This document shows, in pieces, positions 51,965-64,000 of a stretch of 64,000 bases of DNA. The notes below the pieces were generated by a model. The model saw nothing but the letters and a program-made list of their open reading frames with translations. It made no database searches and was not told the DNA's origin. Each line of letters opens with the position of its first letter. Position 1 is the stretch's first letter. The stretch comes from Felis catus (lineage: Eukaryota): assembly GCF_018350175.1 (NCBI RefSeq), contig NC_058368.1:232998001-233062000 (forward strand), read 5' to 3'. A program made the position numbers and the translations under genes.

Positions 51965-52079
51965 GAAAAGAAGATGATAACCAAGAGAAAATACCTCTAT
52001 AGTCCTGTGTGTCCAGAAAAAAAAATCCATGTGTAAGTGAATTTGCACAGAGCACACCCGTGTTGCTCACGGTCAACTG
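51965..52079 (-). mobile_element. Tigger2a-like MITE, left-end fragment
   Basis: Reverse complement CAGTTGACCGTGAGCAACACGGGTG...CACTTACACATGGATTTT...GTATTTTCTCTT aligns with the copy at 44712. Confidence 0.75.
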
Positions 52080-52084
52080 TCCTA

Positions 52085-52335
52085 CTTCTCTCCTCCCAAC
52101 CTTTATCCCTTTGTTGTTACACCCTCTACTTTTGCCTCCATTGTAAACTCTACCCTCGTGCGTTACTTTTTGTGTAAACAAGCCGTTATCTTTCAAAGAG
52201 ACAGAAGTAACGTTTTCAGACAGTTTTACAGATTTATGCCCGTGGTCACCATGTCCTGTACTCTTCATTCCTTTGGTAGACTTACCCATTCGATTATCAT
52301 TTCCTTTTTGCCGGAAGGACTTCCCGTAACATTGA
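52085..52335 (-). mobile_element. Ancient LINE-1 fragment (ORF1 end / inter-ORF region)
   Basis: ATCATTTCCTTTTTGCCGGAAGGACTTCCCGTAACATT resembles antisense old L1M ORF1 3' end. Confidence 0.5.
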
Positions 52336-54289
52336 TGATAACGGACTGGGAAATGGTTCCCCGTCACTCTGCGTGTCACATGCGGAGGCACTGGCAGGGG
52401 CTCTCCATACCCCCTCACCAGCTCAGCTGCTCCGTAAACTGGACAGCGAACCCTTGTCACCCCAGGGTTATTTGAGCCTACCCTCTTTATCATGAGTGGG
52501 AATTTGGGGACTAATTCTCTCTCATGCTTCGTGCGTTTCGCAGGTTGATAAATCAGGAGGAAATGTTTTCCTGAAATATTTAAACTCTAAAAATATTGAC
52601 TTCTATATAAATAACATGTGGGACTCTTTCCTTAAATTATTCCTTGGGCTTTTATGTAGTGGCTGGAAATACGAGCTCAAAGAAAGGATGTTAGATGTAG
52701 ATACCTCACAAACTTTCCCAGTACAGGAATTTGGACTCTTTCCACCGTTTCAATCTATATTTTCGTGAAAACCTTTTGCCTAGAAAGCCCTTCCCGATTC
52801 CATCTGTCTTAGGTGACTTATGCTTTCACTGTCACTCGCTCTTGCGTTAGGCTGTGGGCTGCTTCCTGAATTCATTAGCTTGCTGCCTTTCACCGCACAC
52901 GGTAATGTTCTCTTTCTCCATAACATTCTATCCGATCGCTGCAGAAAAGGGTGTGCGTGCTGCCTCTACTCTGCATTACGTTTAGTTTAGCTTTAATTTG
53001 TAAACTGCTTGATCAACTCCAAGATTGGGTGTTAAGTGTCACTCTTATAACTCATGCTATAAATGGCTGAGGTTCCTGCTCTGGCGAGGAGGGGGAGGGG
53101 TCAGGAGTCAACAGCGGAAGGTCCTGCCAGTGGGGATCGGGCAAAGGTGTGTTTTCCTCCTGGAGCTTGTGGGGAAAATCCAAAACAGGGGGGCGTGGAG
53201 ACTGGATCCCCAACTGGGAAGTAAGCTGGGTATGATACAGAAAGGAGTGTCAGGGCTCAAGGGGAGGGATCCAAGCTGGTAAAAACCAGGGGGGTAAAAT
53301 CTGCAGGGGTGGGGGGGGGGTAAAACCAGGAACTGGAGGATCAGTAAGAATCTGAGATAAGACACGAGATGGCATTTTTCCTCTGTAAAACGGAGATAGT
53401 GACAGGATTTCTGGGAGATAATGCCAGCATTGCATAAAGAGCGACAGGTTTAGTTACTGACAGTGATGTGGGAATTGAAGAGCCTCAGACCAGGGGTCAG
53501 CCTGGGCAAGTCTCTAAAAATGACACAAATGCTTGATTTTGCATGGCATCACCAAGTATGGTGCACAGGAGAGCTGGCTGTGCTGAGATGGACAGACTCG
53601 GGATAGAAGCTAGGATAGAAGCTTCTTGAAGGTAGTGAGGACGCTTTTCCACTCTGTTGTTTTTGTTTTTGTTTTCTCACCCAGAAGGGTGGGGTACAGT
53701 CAGTAAATGCACACAGTGAATGAATGGGTGAACGACAATACACTTTTTGAAAGAGGACACCATTACTAATCATTTCTTCTCTACTCCATTTTTTGCTAGT
53801 CCCTGCCTCTCCAAGGTCAAGTAAAAGACTAGTTGCAAAGGAATTCATTTATGCCAATACCTGACTTTCGTATTGCATGTTCTTCAGCGGACCCCGTGTC
53901 TTGAGTAACCCGGACAGCATGCCATTTTGTCTTTATTCTTCTTCTCTTGCCCATTGTCTCACTGGTCCTGCCTCTTAAGGTCCAGATCAGCGGGGGTCAT
54001 AAGCAGGAATTTATTTAAGCAGATTCTTGACTTTTCCAGGGCAGGAGTATGGCAGCCCCATCATCTCCTGTCCTCAGACGGAGATCCTGTCATTAGAATG
54101 AGAAACCCGGGGCAGGAATGATGGGAGCAAACTCTTCTGGTGAGGCACGGGGATGTGGTAAAGAATATGGGCACTGGGGTGGTCAAAGGGCAGTTTGCTC
54201 AGCACGATTACATGAGAGCCTAACCTGTACCAGGTACCACTCTAGGGTGTGGGAACAAGACAGAATAATGATAATTGAATAAGAAAGAA

Positions 54290-54432
54290 GGATAGGTAGA
54301 TGAATAGATAGATAGATAGATATTAGATGATAGATACATATATACATAGATAAATGATAGATTAAATGATAGATAATAGATTAGATGATCGATCGATCGA
54401 TACAAAGGTAATAGATTAGATGATTGATAGAT
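54290..54432 (+). repeat. Degenerate (GATA)n microsatellite
   Basis: Interrupted GATA units with a short (GATC)n. Confidence 0.85.
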
Positions 54433-55918
54433 TTCATTCTCATTGTGCCCTTAATGTCTGCAGAATCTTGCACAAGTTGTAACAACCATGTAAGCCTCAA
54501 TTTTTTGATAAAATTATTGAAATGCTTATCTCGTAGGGTTTCTGCGAGAACTAATGAGGTAATCACACAAATGTACCTATATGTGCACATATGTACCTAT
54601 GCATAAATAAATATGCATTGATATATTTTATATATCATAGGTGAGTGTATGTGGAAACAGATATATCTTTATATCTATATCTATATCTATATCTATCTAG
54701 GGAGAGAGAAAGTGAGCTTGGTACATGACAGATGATAAATTTGAGTTCCCCTTCTCCTCAGATCCTGGACTCCAATCATACTGTGACACCTGCTGTTTAT
54801 TTCGTCACTTGAGTCCCAGCTTTCTTTATAGACCCCTATCAACCTCTAGCATCACTTTTGGGCCAGGATGTGGCCATCTGCCTTTCTAAGTGGCCCTAAA
54901 TGACACCTGAGCTTTCGGGTCCCTTCACTGCTCCTGATCCGCCATTCTTACAGGAAAACACCCAGTACAACTGGGCCGACTTAGGAGAGACTTTTACGTC
55001 GGCTCACCCGGTCCTCCTTGGACCACGCTGGGAGCTGTCTTCGGATGGCAATTATTCTCGGCTGCAGCCACAGCTCCACTAAAGACAGGACTCTGGAGAT
55101 GAAAAGTCCCCGATCCCATTATCAGTCCTTACTTCAAACATGAACTCTGAGTCTCGAAGGCTCTTCCTGGGGCTTCTGCAGCTTAATGACGCCATTAGCA
55201 TCTCCTACCTGAAGGCAGCACTAATTAAGGCACGAAGACGCATGGCCATATTTCAGTTAATTGAGTTCATTTGCTAGTTTGCAAAGAAACACAATTAATA
55301 AAATAAGTTGTGCATGTCGCATTTCTGTGCAGGTCGACTTCGAAATGATAACTGTTTGACTGATCTGCTCTGAATAAAATGAGGAAAACAGTTCATGCTG
55401 AACTATTTGTAGGCAGAGGTAGTGAACATATGTTTCTAATTTGAGCTAAGAGAACAGCAAAAATACACAAATTTAGCAAATCTTACTTCTTGACAACCAC
55501 TCACAGGATATCTCAGCTAAGAAGTGAGCATATGGCTCAGGAAATAAGGAAACTAGCTGGCTTGGTGTGGAAATTGTTTCTAGGCTCAGAGTTTCATGAC
55601 TGACATAAGTTCATTCTTTCTGGGGTGGGGGAGTCTTGAATGTTTTCTGTGGATTCTCCCCTCAGTAAACAGACGCTGCTGATCCATGTGGGTGAGTCGT
55701 GTGGGGGTAAGATGGGGGCCTCGTCATCTTACGTCACACATCAGGTAGGATGAGATTCGCAAGGAGAGGACTGGGTCGCTTCAGAACTTCCACATCTGGA
55801 AATGATCAGGTGGTTAGAGTTGCTCGGGTGTGAAGTGTGATGGCAGAGGGGTGTGGATTGCCTCTGCCCTTAGAGCTCAAGGTAGAAAAGGGATTTGGCC
55901 ACCATGATGCGTGGCTTT

Positions 55919-56633
55919 TGGGGGGCGGAGGGGGGGGGGCAGAATATGCTACTCCAGGATGTGCCACTTTGGCATGTGGATTATTTCAAGCTGAAATCAA
56001 TCAAGGTTCAGCAGACTCAGGAAGAGCTTTTTACCTTCCCCTTCACTGCCTGAAAGAATTTAGATAAGAAGGCTTTACCAGGAAGAGAGCTATGACTAAA
56101 AACAACATTTTATATCCGAAAGACTTATCTGCATGGCATGGAAACATTTGTTTACCAAACATCTGTTATTCTCAGCTTCCAGTGAATTGTCTGCCACCCT
56201 GTTGAGACCCCTCTCCTTAGCTCAGGATGGAATATAAGCTTCAATTACCTGACTGCTGGGAAGTCTCATTTTTTTTTTAATTTTTTTCTTTAACGTTTAT
56301 TTATTTTTGAGACAGAGAGAGACAGAGCATGAATGGGGAAGGGGCAGAGAGAGAGGGAGACACAGAATGAGAAGCAGGCTCCAGGCTCTGAGCCATCAGC
56401 CCAGAGCCCGACGCGGGGCCCGAACTCACGGACCGCGAGATGGTGACCTGAGCTGAAGTCGGACGCTTAACCGACTGAGCCACCCAGGCGCCCCGGGAAG
56501 TCTCATATTTTAATGGGGATCCCAAACATACAAAGTTTGTTTTCTTCCTGTTCATCTGTCTTATGTCAATTTAATTATTAAAACAGCCAAAGAACCTAGA
56601 AGGGAAAAGGGAAAAAAATTTTCCACCCCTACA
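55919..56633 (+). mobile_element. MER34-like ERV1 solo LTR, interrupted by a SINE
   Basis: CAGAATATGCTACTCC...TTTGGCATGTGGATTATTT start and GAACCTAGAAGGG...CCCCTACA end; TG..CA termini with GCTTT at 55914-55918 and 56634-56638. Confidence 0.85.
56270..56494 (-). mobile_element. Can-SINE, young
   Basis: TSD GGGAAGTCTCAT at 56258-56269 and 56495-56506. Confidence 0.97.
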
Positions 56634-59526
56634 GCTTTCTCAGTCGCTACTGTTTTACTATATTCAGACTATGGACAATTTGTTCCACTTCTTGGTTGCA
56701 TCTATTTGTTTCCCAAATTCCTAAGCCTGTATACATAACACTTACTGTTTTGCAAAGGTAGAGTTTTCCCTTGCATTCTTAATTTATAGAAAAGATATCG
56801 TTTTCAAGGTTTCTCTGATGATAAAGACATCTTTCCAAATCCAAAGTAGAATACCAATTTTGACGTCCAAGACTGTGTGTTGGGGAAAAATGTCAGTGGA
56901 CTGGGGGCCACATCCCAAGCACTGTGGTCCTGAACTCAACATATAAATTAGGAGAAAACCCCTTAGTCTCCCAAGGCCTCCATTTCCCCATATTTGAATG
57001 AACCGATTGGAAGGAATGATCTGCAAGATTTATCCCAGCTCACAAGTCCTGGAGGCTAATGACAGTGAGGGTAGAATGTCTGTACCTTCCAGACAGAATC
57101 TTATGGATTCTTTAGCAGACCAAGGAAACTTGATTCCATTCTTTAGCAGACCAAGGCAACTTGATTCCATGGGGAGGCCACATTTCCAGGGAGATACCTC
57201 TCAGGCTTCCCTCCTGTTGCTGCACAGTGCACCCCCTGACCGGGGGTTCAGGTTAATCGTGCCCATGTGGGAGTGCCTGGCTCAGGGGAGATGTATACAG
57301 GCTCTGATGCCCGACACAGGGGACCATTTGTGGCTGGGCAAGGTTGAGATGTCACCGTTAACCACACAAGCCATCCACTACCCCCAAGTGGTAAGCTCTC
57401 TCTGGTTCTGTCTCCCCATCTCCCACAAGGCACTGAGAAAGGACTCACCTCCACTTATGCTCTCAGAGTCAAGAAAATTTAGTTGTTGCTGAATTGCCGT
57501 CTGATTTGCCCAGGAGTCTTACATCAGGATGACTTCATTAGCTGAAAATTGCCTTCAAAATTCCAACTCATATTTATTCAACAGTCAAATCATTCTTAGT
57601 GTGCAGCCTGTAGGCGTGTTACCACTTCTGTAGGTGCTCTCTCCCGAGGCTGTGAAATGTCTAGTACTTTTCAAATCTCAGGAGTAATTTCTTCTTGGCG
57701 ATTCGATTGACTTTATTTTTTACTATGGTGGAAAGCAAAGCCGCAGTTAAAAAGCAAATCAAAGTTAACAGAAACATGAGAACCAATACCCAGAATAACC
57801 CACTAATGTATGGGTAATGTTGATCTCACTTAGCATCTCAGAGTTAAGGGCCTCGTTTCTTCCTGCTTTACTCAGAAAAGACTAATTCCGTTATAAATGC
57901 ACAATGGGATATGTCAGACCTTGTTTTGACTACTACTTTTAAAGTTCAGAATAAATTGGGTGTGAAATTTGACCTATGTGGCATTCCGTAGGGCACATTT
58001 TCGGAGATAGGGCACAAAATGTGACCTTCTGGCATTTAGCGTGTAGCATTTGTGTTATCTTTAGTTCCACTCACTGCTGGAATTGGCAATAATTCCAGCT
58101 TTGCGATGGGCCATCGGCTGGGTACGCAATGATGTTCCTTCTGGGGAAATTGCACATGAGCTCCATGAGTCTCTTCGCCGTTCTACGTCTCCTTCCCACA
58201 GTCTGCCCCAGCTGCTGTAGGTCTCCACAAGCTCCCCTATGTGGTCCAGCTGAATTACTGATCACAACTGGCCAAGAAAAGCCCCCATAACTCATATTGG
58301 ATAAAATAACCTTCCAACCCATCAGCCCCGTCCCACAGGTCACCCCAGTTAAAGGGCTGGGGACCTGCTTCCTTGGGAAAATTCTAAGGCAGCCCTCAAG
58401 GTTAACTTCGTGGAAATCTCAGTAAGAAAGAAAACCTTTACAGGAAATTAGCATGGGAAGGGAATGAGATGCTTAGTTATGTTTTGCCTCTCATCCCCAT
58501 TAAAACGAACTTACATGACGCATCGCTTTGCTTTCTCACAAGCATTGGTAGATGCTGCAACAGTTGGGATAAACGTGTTCTGAATCTTCCGGAGTCGGTG
58601 GACTTCTCTCTCCCACTTCCTCTGAATCAGCTATTGTTGGCAGAAAACTAGGTGTTCTGAAAATACCAGACTTGCTGGATAACTCCTAAGCCTTTGGATT
58701 TTTCTCATTACGAGGTGAAACCAGTCCTTGTATAATAGAGTCACAAAGGTTGCCTTGAAGCCATCACAGGAGCCTGACCCCGTGGCAGGGGTAAAGCCGG
58801 CTAAGCCTCCTTGAGCTGGAAATTAAGTGTTTGTAAGAACTGCTGGAGATTCGAAATGCAAACCTAACTAGCCCCTCCCACTTGGAACTTTGAATGCATT
58901 CTGATTTTGCTATGAATATTGTCTAAGGTGCAAACAGGTCCACAAGTACTGACTTTCGCACATCTTTGTTTCAAAGATAGGTAAGATTCTGAAAATTCGT
59001 CTCTGATTAAAATAAAAATGAACGTGGGGGTTGAGCTGCAGCATTCGAGATAAATACATCTCCGTGATCCATCCATATGAGAACAAACACAGAAATGCTT
59101 TCCACGGGGGATATGTCATGATTTCAACTGTTCTATAAAATTTTTAATGATACATAATACATTCTGTGGTCCATTTGATTCTAAGAGTTTTGGTTCCTCT
59201 GTCACATTATTAAATTATATTTATTTCAAAATGTTTCACTTGTCATTGTTTGATGAGGGTGTTAATACTCTCTGATAATTGAGAAGCAGAAATGAACTGT
59301 TGCTGAATATATCTGAGTTTGCAGTTATGTGGATTGTCGCTCATCCTAGGCAGCCTTGAGAGTGAGGAATAATGATTATATGCCAATGACAAGGGCTTAT
59401 CAATTCATTTAATCAAAGCATGGGTCTGGCCACTCTGTTGCAGGCACTGTGCTCAACGCTGGGGTAAAAATGGATAAAGCACAGTCCATCTTGGGAGAAG
59501 CTCTTGGTCTAGTAGCAAAGGACTTT

Positions 59527-59738
59527 TTTCTTAAGGTTTATTTACTTATTTTGAGAGTCAGAGAGCCCACACATGTGCAGGGGAGGGGCAGAGAGGGAGG
59601 GAGAGAGAGAATTTCAAGCAGGCTCCACACTGTCAGCACAGAGCCCTACCCAGGACTCAAACTCCCAGAATGTGAAGTCATGACCTGAGCTGAAATCAAG
59701 AGTCAGACGCTTAACCGACTGAGCCACCCAGGCACCCC
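59527..59738 (-). mobile_element. Older Can-SINE
   Basis: Ends GCCACCCAGGCACCCC; AAGGACTTTT near both flanks. Confidence 0.94.
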
Positions 59739-60237
59739 AGTGAAGAAGGACTTTTATTTGAAAGAAAGTTAATGAGTGATTACAAGTGCAGTGATAGCTC
59801 GGCGTGTATAAAATACCGAGCAACTGACTCCCCACGAGGGGCCAACAGAGTCAAAGAAAAGGGAAGTATTTCAAAAGTATGACCATATTTCATCAGGAAC
59901 AAAGGGGCCAAAATTTTAAACTTTATCTGGTAGAAACGGAGATACCTCTGATGGGTTTTAGCAAAAAACAACCACATAAATACTAAAGTTTTTATTATCA
60001 AATGTTCCTATGGGGCTTGTTCTGATTTCATATTAGGAAGAATTTCAAAAGAATAGCCCCTATGTTTTTCTACAATGGGGTCATATTTCTGCCATTATGT
60101 TCAGATCTTTAATCCATCAGGAGACATTTTTTAACTTAATCTGAGCAGCAATGATACAGTTTTATTTTCTATATAGGGTGAGCCAAATTTTCCATTATCT
60201 GTTTGCAGTATGGCCCATTTTTCTATTCTTTTATGGA

Positions 60238-60312
60238 AGGATCTCTCAACCTCAGCATAACTGACATTCTGGGCTGGAAAATTCTTTGTTGTGGGGACTG
60301 CCTGGCGTATTA
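60238..60312. mobile_element. MER20-like hAT MITE fragment
   Basis: TCTCAACCTCAGCATAACTGACATTCTGGGCTGGAAAATTCTTTGTTGTGGGGACTG. Confidence 0.65.
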
Positions 60313-60762
60313 TTTCTTTTTCATGTATATTTTTTAAAGATGTTGTCCAATATCTCCCTAGTATCACTCAGGTCTTAGTGGATTGTGTTAAAGTTTATTC
60401 ATGTGGGGAATATGTATATATTTACAATGTTATGTTTCTCCATTTATTCACTTTTTTGTGTAATTTAATTGACTTTTGCAATTCATACATAAAAAGTTCT
60501 AACCCTAATTAATCTTAGGTTTTAATAGTATTACTATTTAATATTAATGTAATATTAAATAGTATACTATTTAATATTATAGTTTTAATATTAATGCAAA
60601 TAGTATATCTGTTTGTGTTACATTTTCTATTACTTTTTCTGGAATGTTATAAATCCATGTGTTGACCTTTACAGTCATTTTGGACCAAATTCTTTTAGAC
60701 CAAATTCTGCTGCTTCCCTCAAGTAAATAGTCATAAATCCACATTCCAAAAATTAGTTGTTG

Positions 60763-60864
60763 TTTTTTTTTTTTAACGTAATCTTTATGTCCAACATAGG
60801 GCTCGAACTCACAACCCTGAGAGCAAGAGTCACATGCTCCACCAACTGAGCTAACCAGGCACCC
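60763..60864 (-). mobile_element. Short tRNA-Lys-like carnivore SINE (no CT body)
   Basis: Minus strand GGGTGCCTGGTTAGCTCAGTTGGTGGAGCATGTGACTCTTG...GTTCGAGCCCTATGTTGG then A tail. Confidence 0.85.
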
Positions 60865-61124
60865 ATCCATGAATTAATTTAAATTTTGTCAGAGATAGTT
60901 CTATTTCAGACTTACGCAAACACACATAAAAAAATTAACCTCATTAATTTGCTTTCTATAAAAATGATTGCTTAGCTTTTCTTCTTGTCGCTGTGGAAAG
61001 TAACTACAGAATTAAAGACGAGGAATTTTTCAGTGTTTTTTTTTTTTAACTTCCCCCTAATTTAAAAGAACCTTGCCCTAAACTCTCTATTTTGAAACAT
61101 TATTACAAGTACAGTGTTGCAGGA

Positions 61125-63919
61125 ATCGCATACAAGATTAACTGTAAAGCTACAGTAATTAAGACAGAGTATTGTGTAAGAAATACAAGACACATCGATA
61201 GAGATGAGACATAGACCCACATGCATATAGTCAGCTGATTTTTGAAAGGTACAAAGCCAGTTGAGAAAAAATAGTCTTTTTGATAAATGGTGCTGGGACA
61301 GCTGGATATCCATAAGGCAAAAAAAAAAAAAAAAAGATGAGAAAGAAGAATCTTGACAAGATCTTACATCTTTCACAAAAATTAACTCAAAATGGAACAT
61401 AGATCCAAACGTAAAATACAATTTCTAGAAGAAAACATGGGACAAAATTCTACGTGGATTCTCTGAACAGTTCTTAAATTCAAGACCAAAGCAAAATGAA
61501 ACAAAAACATAATAAGTTAGACCTTATGAAAATTAAAAACGTCCTCTCTGCAAAGACACTGATAAGAAAATCAAAAGACAAGCAATAGTCTAAGGTAAAA
61601 GCACATATTCTGATTATGACTGATACCCAAAATATACTGAGAACACTTAAAACTCAAATATAGGAAAAGCAAACAACCTAATTTAAAAATGGGCAAAAGA
61701 TCTGAACATACATCTCACCACCGAGGATATACTGATGCAAGAAAGCCTATGATAAGATGTTCAATATAATTTCTCCACTGTAAAATGAAAACTAAAACAA
61801 TAATATACCACTTCAGACCTGTTAGAATGACTAAAATTTTTAAAAAGAATGACAATAACAATTTCTGGCAATGATGTAGCCTGCGGTAATTGGGAGACTG
61901 TCATTTTGGGAGACTTTGGTTGTTCTGGACAAATCGAAACCTAGTCTTACCATACAGTCCAGCAATTGGTTTGATTTGAAAACGGACACGTAAACACAAA
62001 ATCTGTACATGAATGTTTATAGCAAATGTTAGAATCACCAAAAGCTGTAAGCAATCAAGTTCCTTTAATAGGTAAATGGATGAGTAAACAGTGGAACATC
62101 CATACAATAAAATACTATTCCAGATTAATAGGCATGAGCTTACAACAAGCTTATATCAAACCTTGTAAAAACATGGATATGCCTCAGATATTAAGTAAGA
62201 GAAGGCGGTGGGCAAGGCTATCTACTTACTAATGATTCTACTCATATGACATCCGGAAAAGGGAAACACGTAAAGATGGCAAGCAGGTCAGTGGGTATCA
62301 AAAGCGTATAGTCCAGAAGGATTGAATACGTGAAATGCAGGGGATCTGTAGGGCCATTAGCTGTTTTGTATGATATTTTAACAGTGGATAAGTGACACAA
62401 TGTGTTTGCCAAAACCCAGAGAACTTGGAAAATTAGCAAACTCTTTAAGCTGAAAGGCGGAAGGAACTGTACGTAAACACTGCCCTCTAGCAGATGAAGT
62501 TGTTTCCCGCAGAGGTACAGGCGAACAAACTACTAAAACTTCTAAGCACTTCTAAGCACGTCTATAACTACTGTACAGGTAGACTGGTATTGAAGAATTA
62601 AGTGAATGGATGGCAGGTACTGGCAGCCAGGCTTCTCACTCTGGAGGTGGGAGGTCACAAATGAGGAAGGGGAGAAGGTTAGAATAATCCACATGTCAAC
62701 TGATTGGAGTTGGATGTAGGTAGGAACTCATGATTAATGGAACATCGATACAGATGGATACACATAGAAATGTTTACTGATGTGTGTATATACACATTAT
62801 CCATATACACACGTATCACTCCTTGCTCCTTTAGCTAAGGGCAACTAAAATCAACAACATCTCATCCCAGCGAGCATACCTAGTATCCAGGTTTTACTTT
62901 CTAAATGCCCTTCTCCAATAAAAGGAACCAGGACTCCTTGGAGAGATGGCTGATTTGGGGGTCCGGGGTAGGAAATACGTAGAATGAGTCTGGAGCATCT
63001 CGAAGAGCCAGAACATTAGAAAGTGCTCAAAGAGCACACGATGATGGGGTTGCGTCCCAAGGACAGAAGCCAGTTGAAAGAGCTCCTGATGATGAAAGCT
63101 GGAAAATTATGAGCAACCAAATAAGTAAGTATTGGATTTAGCCCAAACTATCAAATTAATATCCATGAGTCCATACTGAAATACAGATACGATTGAATCG
63201 ACAAATAGATGGGAGAGAATATACAAATATCCCATGGAGAGTAGGCTCCACGTAATTTGAGGAGATACATCCCCCTCAAGGAGGGAAGCGTCCCTGTCCA
63301 CTTCATCAGCGTGGGCTGCGCATGACGACTTCCAAAGAGTACATAGGGGAAAGGGGAGGAGATAGGGTAGCTTTACAGTAGAGAATCTGACACAACTACG
63401 GCAGCCAGAAGGTCAAGATTAACACCAACCACCATAACTCATACTGACAGCAGGTGACCTGGTGACGGGATGAAAATGACTCTTCACTCCGGGGTCTTCC
63501 TCCCAGACACTCACAGCCCCAGTCTAAGGAGGAAAACGTCAGACAAGTCTTCACTGAGGGACAGTCTACAGAACGCCCGGCAGGTACTCCCCAAAAGTCA
63601 AAGTCGTCAAAACAAGGGAAGTCCGCGAAACGATCACGGCCGGGAGAAGCCTAAGGATACACGACAACCAAATGTGATCTGGTCTCCCGGACGGAATCCT
63701 GGGACAGAAGATGGCGTGAGGCAAAACTAAGGACGTCTCAATAATGGACGGACATCAGCTGTTAATATTTTATCCATATGGGCTTATAACTTTGACAACT
63801 GATCAATGTAAGATGTTGCTAAGAGGGAAACTGTAAGGTGAAGTGTAGATGGGTAATATCTTTGCAATTTCTGTATCAACATAAACTCTTCTAATTAAAA
63901 AGTTAAAAAAAAAAAAAAA
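61125..63919 (+). mobile_element. Old LINE-1 (L1MC/L1MD-like), ORF2 3' half plus long 3' UTR and A tail
   Basis: GTAAAGCTACAGTAATTAAGACAG, ATAAATGGTGCTGGGACAGCTGGATATCCA, AAATGGGCAAAAGATCTGAAC, AAAGGAACCAGGACTCCTTGGAG; A tail at 63905-63919; heavily frameshifted. Confidence 0.9.
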
Positions 63920-64000
63920 CCAAACATTGCAAGTGTCCGGTAGACATGAAAAAAACATAAATTTTGAGCTGCTGTTACACAACAATGTCATGCGGCCTTA

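Noticed and set aside
51942..52493. Longest ORF in the track (183 aa, minus)
   Set aside because: Runs across an old L1-like fragment, a Tigger fragment and a SINE tail; no recognisable domain.
56998..57492. 164-aa plus-strand ORF
   Set aside because: Starts in MIR-like sequence, spans a frame-shifting 31-bp duplication and has no recognisable homology.
1..64000. CRISPR array, operon or novel multi-gene system
   Set aside because: Eukaryotic repeat-rich DNA with no regularly spaced repeat-spacer units and no gene cluster; the dispersed repeats are explained by known transposon classes.

Overview
Repeat-rich mammalian genomic DNA, almost certainly from a cat (Felidae), judged from about 28 tRNA-Lys-derived Can-SINEs that include several nearly unmutated feline SINEC_Fc-type copies with clean target-site duplications (TSDs). 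It also holds LINE-1 fragments of several ages, ERV1 and MaLR/ERVL solo LTRs, Tigger and hAT MITEs, MIR/L2 relics and microsatellites. I recognise no protein-coding gene, rRNA, true tRNA gene or CRISPR array, so the window looks intergenic or deep-intronic. Most ORF-track entries are chance frames or SINE/LINE read-throughs. The features most worth checking are: a stop-depleted ~260-codon minus-strand frame at 21.8-22.6 kb (candidate retrocopy of unidentified parent), an intact 303-bp solo LTR, a template-switch microinversion inside an L1, nested and inverted SINE pairs, an AT-rich triple inverted repeat, a candidate 23-nt microexon and several motif-dense enhancer-like stretches. I found no support for a novel multi-gene system. 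Repeat family names are from recalled consensus sequences, not a search.
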